Origin: Callorhinchus milii
Taxonomy: Eukaryota
Reading direction: 5' to 3'
DNA: 64,000 nt
NCBI RefSeq assembly: GCF_018977255.1
Contig: NW_024704742.1
Coordinates: 75,084,001-75,148,000, forward strand
In this document: one piece after another, positions 11,796-23,334 of the stretch
Layout of the letters: every line of letters starts with the position of its first letter
Position numbering within the stretch: position 1 is the first letter of the stretch
Program-made: the position numbers and the translations under genes
The notes under the pieces: model-generated
What the model was told of the DNA's origin: nothing
The model's input: only the letters and a program-made list of their open reading frames with translations
Databases searched by the model: none

Positions 11796-13584
11796 ACCAG
11801 AAATTGCATTAATCTGCAAGGTTATTGTGAAACATTAAATCAACAACCACAAAAAAGTTCCAGAATGTATTGGATAATCCTGGGTGAAAACTACAACAGA
11901 TTCGACATGATAATTATTGCCAGCGATGATTATCACATGCAATCTGTTTGTAACATTATATGTTTCCCCCCCCACTATTTAGGTTACAATATAGAAACTG
12001 CACCCAATTTGAACTGGAAATGCCAATCATTGAAGCATTTTATGTTGTGCAGGACTGTATCATTCACAATATGGTTTGAGGACTAACTTAAGATGTCAGT
12101 GAAGTCTAACAGTTACATTGGTGCAAGTGCATCACTAAAAATGTAGCAGAACTAGGATAATAGAACCATAGAAATTCATCACACAGAAGGAAGCCATTTG
12201 GCTCCTGACTTTCCTCCATACTTCCTCCTGCTTCTTTATCTTGTTTTCTCCTCCCTCCTGCCATGTTAGTTTAAACTCTCCTCTCAACACTGGCTACACT
12301 AATAATTTGAGATATAATTTTGTCATAATTTAAGCAACATTATAGTTGATCACTGTTATCAATTCTATGGTAGGCTTTTCTGAGTTCTCAGTGATACAGG
12401 TAGTAACCACAATTAATTTTGAGTTACAAACGAAAGCCATATGTGCAGCACTTCCATCATTGCCTTACATGGCCATCCTCAGTAATTCCAAGAATGGCGA
12501 CAGAAAGCTTAAAGCCAGGCGATAATGATGAGGTGGGCAGGGTTTGTAAAATAGACCAGTGGTTGCCTAGCAGAAGGGAGTAGATGGGTAAGTTGAGTTT
12601 TAGAGGGTCACAGAGATAGCATGGGGCAAAACCGTAGATTTAAAAGTAGTGAGGACTAAGATCTTGAACTCTACCCTCTTGGGGGAGGGGTGGCGGGAGA
12701 GTGGAGAGCCAATGGAGCTGAGGGGTGATAGGCTCAAAGAACCTGGTGCGGGAGAAGACATGAGCTGCAGAGTTCTGAATGGTCTGCAGTTTGTGAAGGG
12801 AGGAGTTGGGAAGTCTGTCAAGCAGAGAGTTGGCGTAGGCTAGTCTTGACATGATGAAGACGTAGGTGATGGTCTTGACGGCCTGAAGGGAGAAACAGTG
12901 GCGGGTGTGGGAAATGTTGCAGAGGTGGGGGAAAGCTGAGTGGGTCATGGCACGTATGTGGGGTATAAAGGATAGTTGAGAGTAGGGGTTGCAACCTTGG
13001 TCCTCTTTAGGAATCCTAGGATTTCACAATTTTAATGCCCCAAATCCCACAATATCATCCAGGACGCCTGTGGTTGAACTCTGGACCAGCAGGGTACTGA
13101 GAGAAAGTGTCCCTCTGCTGGGAGGGCACCATAAGTTTTAAACGCCCGTCTGTCCACTCCCACCGGATTGTCCTCATGGCAACGTGCAGCCCGCTTCTGG
13201 CAGGGCAGAAAGCCAGCCTCATCTTCCATCTGTGTTTGGCCTTCATACAATCCCAAAATTCCGGTATTCTCTTCAATGGATCCGAGGATTTAGGAGAATC
13301 ATTGCCATACAGGATCCTGGGTTTGCAACTTCTAGTTGAGAGTTGAACAGGACACCGATGATTCCCTACTGGCTTTGTGAGGTGGAAAGTGTGTGTCTGA
13401 GTAGATTGGAAAGTGTGCGTCTGCTATCAGCACCTGAGGTGAGAAGGTGGTAACCAAAACCAAGCAAGAGAGTCTCTGTCTTTTCTATTTTTAACTGAAG
13501 AAAATTACCTCTCATCCAGAACTTGATGTCTGGCAAGCAATCAGTCAGAACAGCATGGGTTGCAATTCCGGGGATCCCATATGG

Positions 13585-13920
13585 TAATAATAATAATCCT
13601 TGCATTTGATATAGCACCTTATCATGTCTTCGAGACATCTCAAAACGCTTCACAGAATATACTGTAAAATGAATTGACTGCATACTTTGCGGGCGAAACC
13701 AGCAGCGAATTGTGCACAGCAGTGTCCCACAAACATACATTGAGTGACCAAATGTTTTTTTATTGTTTATTTTATTATCCCCAGGGAAATGATCCGCCAA
13801 TCCACTAACAATTGGGTTCCTACTTAAAGAGCTGTGTGGAGTAAGGAAATTTGCCTAATGTTTCACCCTGCCTGGGAATCAAACCCAGGCCCTCTCGCTT
13901 GTGAAGCGAGTGCTCTAACT
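13585..13920 (-). mobile_element. tRNA-Ala-headed SINE, long variant, nested in L2
   Basis: (taa)n tccttgcatttgatatagc ... ggagtaaggaaatttgcc ... gcgagtgctctaac; carries the extra internal segment (gatccgccaatccactaaca). Confidence 0.9.
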
Positions 13921-13934
13921 AATATACTAATATA

Positions 13935-14068
13935 CTAGCAGTAAATAGGGACCCAGTTGTTAGTCAATTGGTGAATCATTTTTCCGAGGATAATAATCCT
14001 TTAAAAAAAAACAATAATTTGGTCACTCAATCCACGATTGTTTGTGGGACACTGCTGTGCACAATTGG
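13935..14068 (+). mobile_element. Internal fragment of the long-variant SINE, inverted relative to its neighbour
   Basis: agcagtaaatagggacccagttgttagtc ... tgtttgtgggacactgctgtgcacaattgg. Confidence 0.85.
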
Positions 14069-17000
14069 TGTCGTCCAAACGCAAATGGAAGTTAACCCAA
14101 GTCTGCAGATAACATCACCAGCCAATTGAGGATACAGCCCTGAGAATCATCACAGGGACAGAAGAAGCTGTTGGCAGATACAAAGTGGAGTCATTAAGAT
14201 AGATAAGAAAGAAACCACACATGGACAGAATCAGGAACACGTATAAGCTGGGGGGAAAGGCGCTGGAGAATGATAGAATGGTCAACATTGTTGAAGGCGG
14301 CAGAGAGATCCCTGGGCAAAGATGCAAAGAATGTCATTTATGACTTTAACCAGGGCAGTCTCAGTAATGCGGGCAGGGCAAAAGCCAGATTTGAGGGGTT
14401 CATGGAGCGAGTGCAGGGACAGGAACAAGCAAAGCAATAACTTGTTGCAGTGTCTTGGAGAGGAGCATCAGATTGGTGATGCAATGGTAGATAGAGAACA
14501 GCGATTGGTTGAGGGAAGGTTGATTGGGGTAATGACAGCTGTTTTGAAGGGATGGGAACTGCCAGTGGACAAAGAGAGGCTGACAATGTCCAATAGTGAG
14601 GGGTCAAGGAGGTGGAGGTGGGAGCACAGGAGAGGGGTGGGGATAGAGTTGATGGAGCATGTCATGGGCTTAATTTTAGACACAACAGAGGAGAGGGAAG
14701 ATGGAGAGATGGGGTTAACTTTTGGAGGGAGGTATGGGTGGAGGAGGAGTGAAGGAGGCAGTAGCAAGGGCACAGGTAGCAGAGTAGATCCTCTCAATTT
14801 TGGACACTAGGAAGTCCATCATATTCTTGCAGTTGGAGTTGGAGCAGAGGATGGGCGAAGCACAGGAAGATGGGTGAAGGAACTGGTTTGTGGTGGACAT
14901 GAGGAGCTTGGGGTTGTCCTTGGCCTCCAGGACAATATTGGAGTAGAAGGATGATTTAGCGAAGGCAAGGGTGGAGTAACAGGTTTGTTTGTAGCCAATT
15001 CTGGCAGTGGATTGATAGGTTGGATTTGAGTCAGATGTGTTCAGCAAAATGCATCAATGATTTGAATGAACAGAGGTGGCTAACATACCAGGGACTTGCA
15101 GGGGTAGGAGGATGTGCAAGACATGATGGGGGCAAGGGTATCGACAATATTAGCGAGGGAGTTATGAAGAAGTGTGACCAGAAAGTAAGGTTTTTGCAGG
15201 AAGAGGGGGAGGAGTTGATCTGAATCGAGGACAGTGGAGAGGGGTGGAAGGAGTGGAAGTAGGTTGGGAGGCAGGAAGCAGGAGGAGTTGAGGGAGATGA
15301 AATAATGATCTGCAATGGCTTTATTGGTGACTATGATGTCAGGAATGGTGAAGCTCTGGTTAAAAAACAGGTCAAGCGGGTGACCATGAATATGGGTGGT
15401 GGGGGGAATTTGGAAGGAGAAGTTCAGAGAAGAGAGAAGGAAGAAATCAGCAAAGGTTGAGAAAGGAGTGAAGTGAAGATTCAAGTCACTCAGGATGAGG
15501 AGGGAGAATAGAAGGGTGGAGATTTGAGTAAAGTGCTGGGGGGGGGGGGGGGTGGGAGGAAGGGCAGGAATGGTAGACAAGGAGATTTTCTAGGGGGAGT
15601 TTGGAGGGTTGCTAAAGAGTGAGGTGTTCAAAGAAAAGAAAGGTCCAGAGGAGTAAGAGAATAGGCTGAGTGGAGACCTGGAGATGAGATTTCTGCTGTC
15701 TGTCCTAAAATTCCCCTTACAGCACACTGACCTGTGCCCTCTTGTCCTGCTTAGCATATCTGAGGCCTGACCTTTCAACATTTAGCCTGTTACCTAATTG
15801 TGATTTAAGAATAAAGTTCACACAGATTTAAGTAAAGGTCTTGAATTTAGTCTATTAAAGAACTTTAGAAAAGCGCAACCTTAAAATTGGCACCATACAC
15901 CATTAGAAATTTGTGGCACAGAAGAAGGCCATTCAGCCCATGTTGCCTGTGCCAATTCCCCCAAAAGCAATCTTAAATGTTAAGATAAAATAGTCGTCCT
16001 ATCTATGAGTATGTGGAATTTCATGCCTCTGAAACTATTGTTCGGGATTTGTTTTCAAATATATCCTTCCATTCCTCATCTCTCCCAAATCCGAGAAATC
16101 AAGTTCCAATAGCACACAGTAATACTGTAGTATCCAGTGAAAACAGCAGTGCTGTTGGAATGATTCAACTGTTTATAGATTAGCCTTATGACCCCCAAAC
16201 AGCAAACTATTGGTTGCCATTTTCAGAGATCACACAAAACAAATAAAGCTAGTTGGGCAACTATCTTATGGAAACTAAGCTCTATAGAGCTCACTGATAA
16301 TTTAAGGATGTGGGGAATATATATTTTTTAAATAAAGGAAGTTATACTCATGACTACACACAGAACTCTTCTTAATTTAGTTAAAAGGATTTTGCTTTGC
16401 AGAACTGTGTGTATCCCATGACTCAGGTCATTCTGGATCATGTACAGGAAAAATGCAATAACAATAATATCCTGTTGCTCCTCATACCACACACTGTCAG
16501 CTGATAGCACAGCTGTAGAGCTATCGGCACAGATGCAATTCCAGAGTCTGCTGGAAAGAAAGGATCCCTTCTCCGTTCATATTTTACTTGCAAGAACTTG
16601 TGATTTATTTCATTTCCCCAAATTTACCTGTAGTGTTTTTCAACTTAGTTATTGGCAGATTTCTGAGATCGGCAATTTCTATTGCTAACTGGTGAGGAAA
16701 AATGATTTGATGCAGCCTCCCTACATAAAGTGGTTTGTGCCTTTAGGCTTGGGCAGGTTCTTTGTGCATAATCAAATACCAGAATTATTAGATTTAAGGT
16801 TACAAGTCAAACAAATGCAACGCTTTCTGTGCAACTCATTTATTTCATGTGGTTTCTGCACCAAACACTCCTTGTGGCATGGGAGTGTCAACTGGAAATG
16901 TCTGTTGTGTATTGAGTAAATCAAATTGTTTCTCAACAGGAATAAAGTCAGTCTTGAAATCCAGATTGTCTGGTTTGTCAATTTTTTTTAGCAAAATTTA

Positions 17001-17156
17001 CTTAATAATTATACAATTATACAAAACTGCGATTGAATTGAAGCATTTTAAATGGCATATACAGGTAAAGTTTTCAGCGATGCATTATACATTCCTTATG
17101 GTTAATTACCACAGGAACGTGTCTTGAAACAACACAATTTCTTACCTTGAGCTCTT

Positions 17157-17783
17157 AACTCTGCAGCTCGTGTACTGTCCCGCACCAGGCTTCGGGACCA
17201 CATCACTCCCACCCTCGCTCGCCTCCACTGGCTCCCCATCCCCCAGAGGATCGAATTCAAGATCCTCATCCTCACCTACAAGGCCATTCACGGCCTTGCT
17301 CCCTCCTACCTCTCCGACCTACTATCCCCCTACCTACCTGCCCGTACCCTCCGTTCCTCTGGCTCTGGTCTGCTCCACGTCCCCCGCCCCAACCACCCTA
17401 CCATCGGTGGTCGGGCCTTCAGCCTCTCAGCCCCCAGGCTCTGGAACTCCATCCCCCAGTGCCTTCGCCTTGCTTCCTCCCTTTCCTCCTTCAAGGCCGG
17501 TCTCAAAACCTTTCTCTTTGACCGAGCCTTCAGCTCCCCTCTCGACTCTCTTCCCCCTCCTCGCTCCCTCCCTTCCCTCCCCCTGACCATTTCCCCCCTC
17601 CTTGCTCCCTCCCTTCCCTCCCCTCACCCTGACCATTTCCCCCCTCCTCGCTCCCTCCCTTCCCTCCCCTCACCCTGACCATTTCCCCCTGCTCGGGTCA
17701 TGACCCAACTGTGCAGCGCCTTGGGACGTCCTCCTGACGTGAAAGGCGTTTTATAAATGGAATCTTGTTGTTGTTGTTGTTGT
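17157..17783 (+). mobile_element. Young 5'-truncated L2 with complete 3' tail
   Basis: Nearly identical (inverted) to 1-390; tail gcgccttgggacgtcctcctgacgtgaaaggcgttttataaatgg..(ttg)n. Confidence 0.95.
17553..17695 (+). repeat. C-rich minisatellite (about 3 x 41-46 bp) in the L2 3' UTR
   Basis: Unit ccccctcctcgctccctcccttccctcccct(caccct)gaccatttc repeated three times. Confidence 0.9.
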
Positions 17784-18499
17784 AAATTATGTTGGTCATG
17801 TTGAATAGTTTTTCTGCCAAGTTACATTTTCCCATCTGTAATATGCTGTTGGAATTTGTATTTCTGTGCAAACCACTGAATAGCAACCAGGAGAATTTTA
17901 TTTAGACATTTAGACCACATTTTAAAGAAATCACAAATAGCATGTTATACAGAACCAGTAAAATAAAGATAAAAACATTTCCCATTCAATGTGAGCGGTC
18001 AATATTTCAGCCATTTCAATCCTAATCATACATTTAAATATTTAAATTTTCATGTCATAATGTTTAGAACTAATATTTGTTCCAGTGCCAGTATTATTGT
18101 GGCATCTACAGAACCTGTTTGGGTAAACCTTAATGACAATTGGTGGTCTCACACATTCCCAACTCCTCCAATAGTTGTGCACAGTTAAAAAGGCTATAAG
18201 TGCCCAATTCAAGACACTTCAGAAGATGAAATCCCATTTTTGTAAGGATGCTAACAGCATTTAGCACTTTCAACAAATGGAAACTCAAATGTGGCTGCTG
18301 GAATAAAAATTCTAACTTACAGAATTTACCACACATTAGCATGATTGCATCACCGCCCATGTGAATCTCCAGCTTAGTGTGAGAGAGGGAGTGGAGGAGT
18401 TCATGTCCTCAATTCACATATTATAGACCTGCCCAAGACTCCAGGTCACTGGGAGAATCCTGGAAGAGATTTGGATCATCATTAACCCCACCCATATTA

Positions 18500-18737
18500 T
18501 AATAATAATAATCCTTGCATTTGATATAGCACTTTTTACGTCGGGAGGACATCCCAAAGCGCTTCACAGAACACACTGTAAAGTGAATTGACTATATATT
18601 TGTGGGCGAACGCGGCAGCCAATTGCGCACAGCAATGTCCCACAAACAGTCCTGGATTGAAAATGACCAATTTATTATTGTTTTTGGAGGGATTATTATT
18701 ATTAGGCGTGTGGAGTAAGGAAACTTGCCCAAGGTTT
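18500..18737 (-). mobile_element. tRNA-Ala-headed SINE, head truncated
   Basis: Same body and tail as 8734-9043; ends at aaacttgcccaaggttt. Confidence 0.92.
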
Positions 18738-18789
18738 GGACTATATGTTGGAGTTACCAATGAAACCCCATTATTCTCCAAATTCAGCC

Positions 18790-19330
18790 TATCTTATAGA
18801 TCTCCTTTTTGCGGTTCAGGCATGTATATCTGTTTACTGACACAACTTGGAGCTTCCTTTTCTTTCCATCTGGGGTGACCAAGTATGGAGGGAATTATCT
18901 GCACTCGATACCAGAAAAAAAAATCTGCCCCTCAGCAATCCATTTGCCGGTTTATTGCTTCCTAACACTGAGGTTTCGTATCACAAGCCACAAGTAAACT
19001 AATATTCCTGGATCTCCTTCAGCTACCATTTTTGTCAAATTTTGTTGCATCCCATCCATGGAATAAATGCATTTTCTTATTTTTACTTATATGTAGTACC
19101 TTGTATTGATCTGTATTAAACTTGTTTGCCTGTGATCAGGTCAAGTGTATACCTTACTGAAATCTCTATGCAAATTATTCTGTATTGTGGACTGCCTCCT
19201 CCGATTGCAATATAATGAAGCCTGGAAATATAGCTAACTTCAACTGAGTCTGGAAATCTCAGTCACTACCCTATGCACGGAACAGAAGGGGTCCTTCCTT
19301 GTACAGACCCCTGAGACACTATCTTTGGTT
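18790..19330 (-). mobile_element. Old CR1 RT-region fragment
   Basis: ggaattatctgcactc, taccttgtattgatctgtattaaact, acagaaggggtcc...acagacccctgagacact resemble the antisense of CR1 RT; heavily decayed. Confidence 0.45.
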
Positions 19331-19554
19331 GGTCCAAAGCTGACTTGGATTGCTATTAAAATAAAGCTAGTATCTGGGAAGGTGGCATTGGAATGGCATG
19401 CTCACAGCTGGGCCAGTGAATCTTCAGAGCCTTTGAGTGAAACTATTCTCCTAAAATCAGGGGAGATCACTTCCAAACACATCATTAGAGACAAGTTCAA
19501 CTACAAGTTCTGTTCATGTGAAAATGACCACAACATATTTCACCCTCCTGAAAG

Positions 19555-19655
19555 AAAAGTATATAAGCTGAAAATCTGAAATAAAACCAGAAATCGACAG
19601 CAAACCACTTAGCAGAATAAAGTGGAAGATAAATTTAAAAGCTTCATCAGAAGTG
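19555..19655 (-). mobile_element. Old Penelope-like pLTR remnant
   Basis: gctgaaaatctgaaataaaaccagaaat resembles 26076-26100; cttcatcag is the reverse complement of the hammerhead core CTGATGAAG. Confidence 0.45.
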
Positions 19656-19899
19656 AAATAGACAACTGGTAGCAGAGAAGATAGGAGTTAAAAAAAACCA
19701 TGAGAGAAGTTAAAATACGATGACATCCTGATGCAGCAGATTATGAAATGCTGTTTATTAGAGAGGTTGTAGCCTTCCACGATGACCATCATTTCTCTTG
19801 TCTCCGTCCTGTAAAGGTTCTATTTCAACCTCACAGGTTTTCAGTTTCTGCCATAACTACTCAGATGATGCAAATTTTAGCACCAAAGTTTAAGAAATG

Positions 19900-20975
19900 G
19901 CCTTCTTTATCCTTCACTATCTATTCCCTCACTTATGACTGAGAAACCCTGATTTGGTCTATCCCTTTACCTTGGTCACTCATCTGCTCTGACAACGTTA
20001 TGAGCGCCATACCCTCTCTCTCTCCCCTTCTCACTGTCTCCTCCAGGCCCCTCCATTCAGGCTGACCATGCTTTGCTTCCGGTCTCAACGGGCCTGTTTG
20101 CCACTCCCAAAATGCCCCCTCTTCTACTTCCACTCAGTCCTTCTCTTCTTTATGGACCATTCGACCGTCTCCCTCTGCTCTAGCCTGGGCATCCACCGCC
20201 GGATTCATTGGGGCACTCAGCATTGGTTGTCCCAGATCAGCCACCCCAACTGCCCATCGCCCACTCTCTTGGCAAGGTCGGCCTCCGGAATATACACCCC
20301 ATTTTAACTCATTGACATCTACACCCACGTCAACCTGGCTGCTCCTCCTCCTCCCCCTGCTAACCCACATCCAGTCACTGACCAGGACCACCTTCCTCCA
20401 CCTCCAGCACATTGTCAGCCTCTGACCGAACATCACACCCTATGAAGCTGAAACCCATTTTATGAAAACCATGCTTTCATCACCTCTCACATTCCAATGC
20501 TCTGCTCGCCATGTCCACCATTGATAAAATCCAATTAATTCAAAACTCCGCCACCCATATACTTATCCTCATCAAACTCCATACTCCCATCACCCCACTC
20601 CTTGCCAGGCACTAATGGCTCTCGATTGCAGAACGGATCAACTTCAAAATGCTCATATTCGTTTATAAATTGCTTTATGCCCTGGCACCTCCCTACCTCT
20701 CCGACCTTCTTACACCCCACTCCACTACCTGTCGCCTTCACTCACCTGGCTCCAGCTTCCCACACTCTCCAACATCGGCAGCCACTATGCCTCAAATTAT
20801 GGAACTCTCTGCCTCAATCCCTCCGCCCTGCCTCCTCCTTGCCCATCTTCAGACCCACTTCAACTATACATATGGTACTTTCCCATTCTCCCTGGCTTGG
20901 CGTCAAGCTTTGCTATTTTTGAGTGCTCCAAGTTGCTACTCTACATGAAGGGTGCTATATAAATGAACATTGTGT
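19900..20975 (+). mobile_element. Old L2 fragment (RT to tail)
   Basis: catgctttcatcacctct, caaaactccgcc, ctccctacctctccgacctt; tail gaagggtgctatataaatgaacattg. Confidence 0.8.
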
Positions 20976-21329
20976 GGTTTGAGTCATGATCACAACAGCC
21001 AGCATGACATTTTCTATGGAACTTGTCCCCAAACTCCCTTATGTAGTGATTTAGTCACTTTTGGTTGAAGTGTGCGTTGTGTCTTAACATTGCAACACAA
21101 AATAGCAAGTAAAGAATATGATGCAATAGATTTGACCACATTCATTTCTTATGGACTCCTCATACCATAAAACCTTCCTGATAACTTCAAAGAAGGAGAT
21201 CACTTCCTTTTGTGAAACCAACTGTTGAAACTGTGTTGAATTCTACCACTTTTTGTTCTCTTAAGCATCATATTTCAATCTTCTCCCAAGCAAATGCAAA
21301 GAGCATAATTAAATGATAACAACCCATGC

Positions 21330-21610
21330 AAAGTCCCGGGTTCAATGACTCTGCCCTGAGTAAATTAGTCTTAGAAAATTGACCTCCAGATTCAGGAGGG
21401 AATAATCAGCCATGGTCGCTGCTCCCGATTGCTATCCAGTGACTCCTGCTGAAACGTGTGTGTGTTTTGATTTAAATGAGTACACAATTTGGCTTAGGAG
21501 TAATGTTCTCCTTGGTTGAATAGTTTGCCAGCTACAGAAGTTGGGCTCACACTAAGAATGGTCACTTGGATGAAGACTGCCAGTCCCCATACTCCAGCAC
21601 AGAGAGGAAA
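21330..21610 (+). mobile_element. Ancient AmnSINE2-like SINE
   Basis: gtcccgggttcaat (B-box-like), aatcagccatggtcgctgctcccgattgctatccagtgactcctgctg, aagaatggtcacttgg; also at 43.3 and 57.3 kb; family name from memory. Confidence 0.55.
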
Positions 21611-21802
21611 GAAAATTGGAAGAAACAAAAAGGGAAAAAGTAATTGTATTTTACTACCGTGAATTAATGTGATGCTTTTGATAACTTTCAAGCAATGATA
21701 ACTATGCTTGTTGATTTCTGTAGACCATTGTGAATACCTGTCCAGTTTAATTTCTCTTGATACTCTAATCATCTGCACTGTTGCATGAGGAAATATTTTT
21801 AC

Positions 21803-22385
21803 AACAACTTGCATTTATACAGTGCCCCTCACACAGCGTAGCATCCTAGAGCGCTTGACAGTGGCGATGCATGACATCGAGCCCGGAATACGTGACCGCT
21901 GGCATGGTCGAAGAGGAAGGTCTTTTGGTGCGATCTGAAGATGGGGAAGGGGGAAGGCGGAGGAATAGAGGAAAAGTGTTTTAGAGTTTCAGGGCATAAT
22001 GGCTGAAAGCATGGCCACCGATGGTGGAACGGAGGGGCAGGAGGGTCATGCAGTAGGTCGGAACCAGTCGAGCGGAGACAACGGCTAGTGGGTTGGGAAG
22101 TAAGCAAGTCAGAGGCAAGGAGGTGCCAGGGCATAAAGACATGTGAAAACTAATGCGAGGATCTTGAAATTGATCCGATCAGCAATTAGGAGCTAGTGGA
22201 GCCTGGCATTAACTGGTGTGATAGGGGCAAGGAATTTAGTGTGGGTGTTTATGCAGGCGGCGGAAATTTGGATCAGCTGAATCTTGAGCATGGTGGAGCT
22301 GGGGAGGCCAGCAAAGAGGGCATTTGAAGAGTCAAGTCAGAAGATGACAAACACATGAACGAATGTTTCGGCTGTGCCTGGGGTA
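21803..22385 (-). mobile_element. L2 3' fragment (older subfamily)
   Basis: Tail acaacaacttgcatttatac; minus frame ASDLLTSQPTSRCLRSTGSDLL. Confidence 0.85.
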
Positions 22386-23334
22386 AAGTTGGAACAAGTC
22401 TGTTGTTTGCAGTGTGGTTCTCCTTTCAGCAGAAACCACACATTGAGCTGTTAAAAAATGCAAGTCTTTCTACCTGCTGTTTACAGCTCCCTTTTAGAAC
22501 AAACACTTCACAGCCTTTTCCATCACTGAGACACAAAATGCTCCCCTTCATTCTAGATCAATGCTTGAATGATTCTGATGCTCATCTCACACTACCCAGT
22601 ATGTTAAAGCTCATTTCTTTTATTGTGCCTTATCACTGTGGTAACCAGCACATTGGAGTGCCCTAAATATTAACTTAGCAAGGACATCCAGCTTTCACAA
22701 GCACCACGTGATCAAACAGTAACCCATTAGAAAACAAGAAACCCATTAAACGTCAAAGCTTTCTGGTAAATTACATTATAACTGACATCTCACATTTACA
22801 CCTAAAATCAACAGGTTTGTAAACAGCAGTCTAGCCAGTTTACAATAATCACTATATATGGTACAGCGCCTTATCACCTCATCAAAATACCTCAAAGCAT
22901 TTCCTAGGATTTCACTGGCTACATCTGTAAACAAAACTTCCTGCAAATTCTCTAATCATCTACAAATGTAAAAATGTAAACAGGATCACTTGGTAGTTGA
23001 CTAACAATTGATAGGTTACTGAAAAATAAAAGATCAAAACAGTGAGCCAATAATTTCTAGCATAGAGACTGCTATAAGCCATGCATACCTAAATGGTTCA
23101 GTAGATGAGCAACAGACTCAGGGTTGTAAAATTCTTGATTGAAATGCAGATAGGTCCACTCAACCCTTCATCCACTGATGTACATTAGTAACTGGGAGGC
23201 AACATGCCTGGCAAAGCAATTGTTGATGGTTGAGATTAGAGGAGCAGACATGTCCTGAACCCTGCAGACCAAAATCCTAGTGGATAGAGCAGTCCTAGTG
23301 AGAAGACTATTTTGTAAAGTTAAATTGATCAGTC

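Larger units (their letters stand above)
12480..15700 (-). mobile_element. Long degenerate L2 LINE (APE + RT + C-terminus) with nested insertions
   Basis: LLILSDLNLH, PTTHIHGHPLDL (APE); KSSFYSNIVLEAKDNPKLL, KPMTCSINSIPT, FKTAVITP (RT region); WMRGNFLQLKIEKTE; SRLAYANSLL. Confidence 0.9.
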
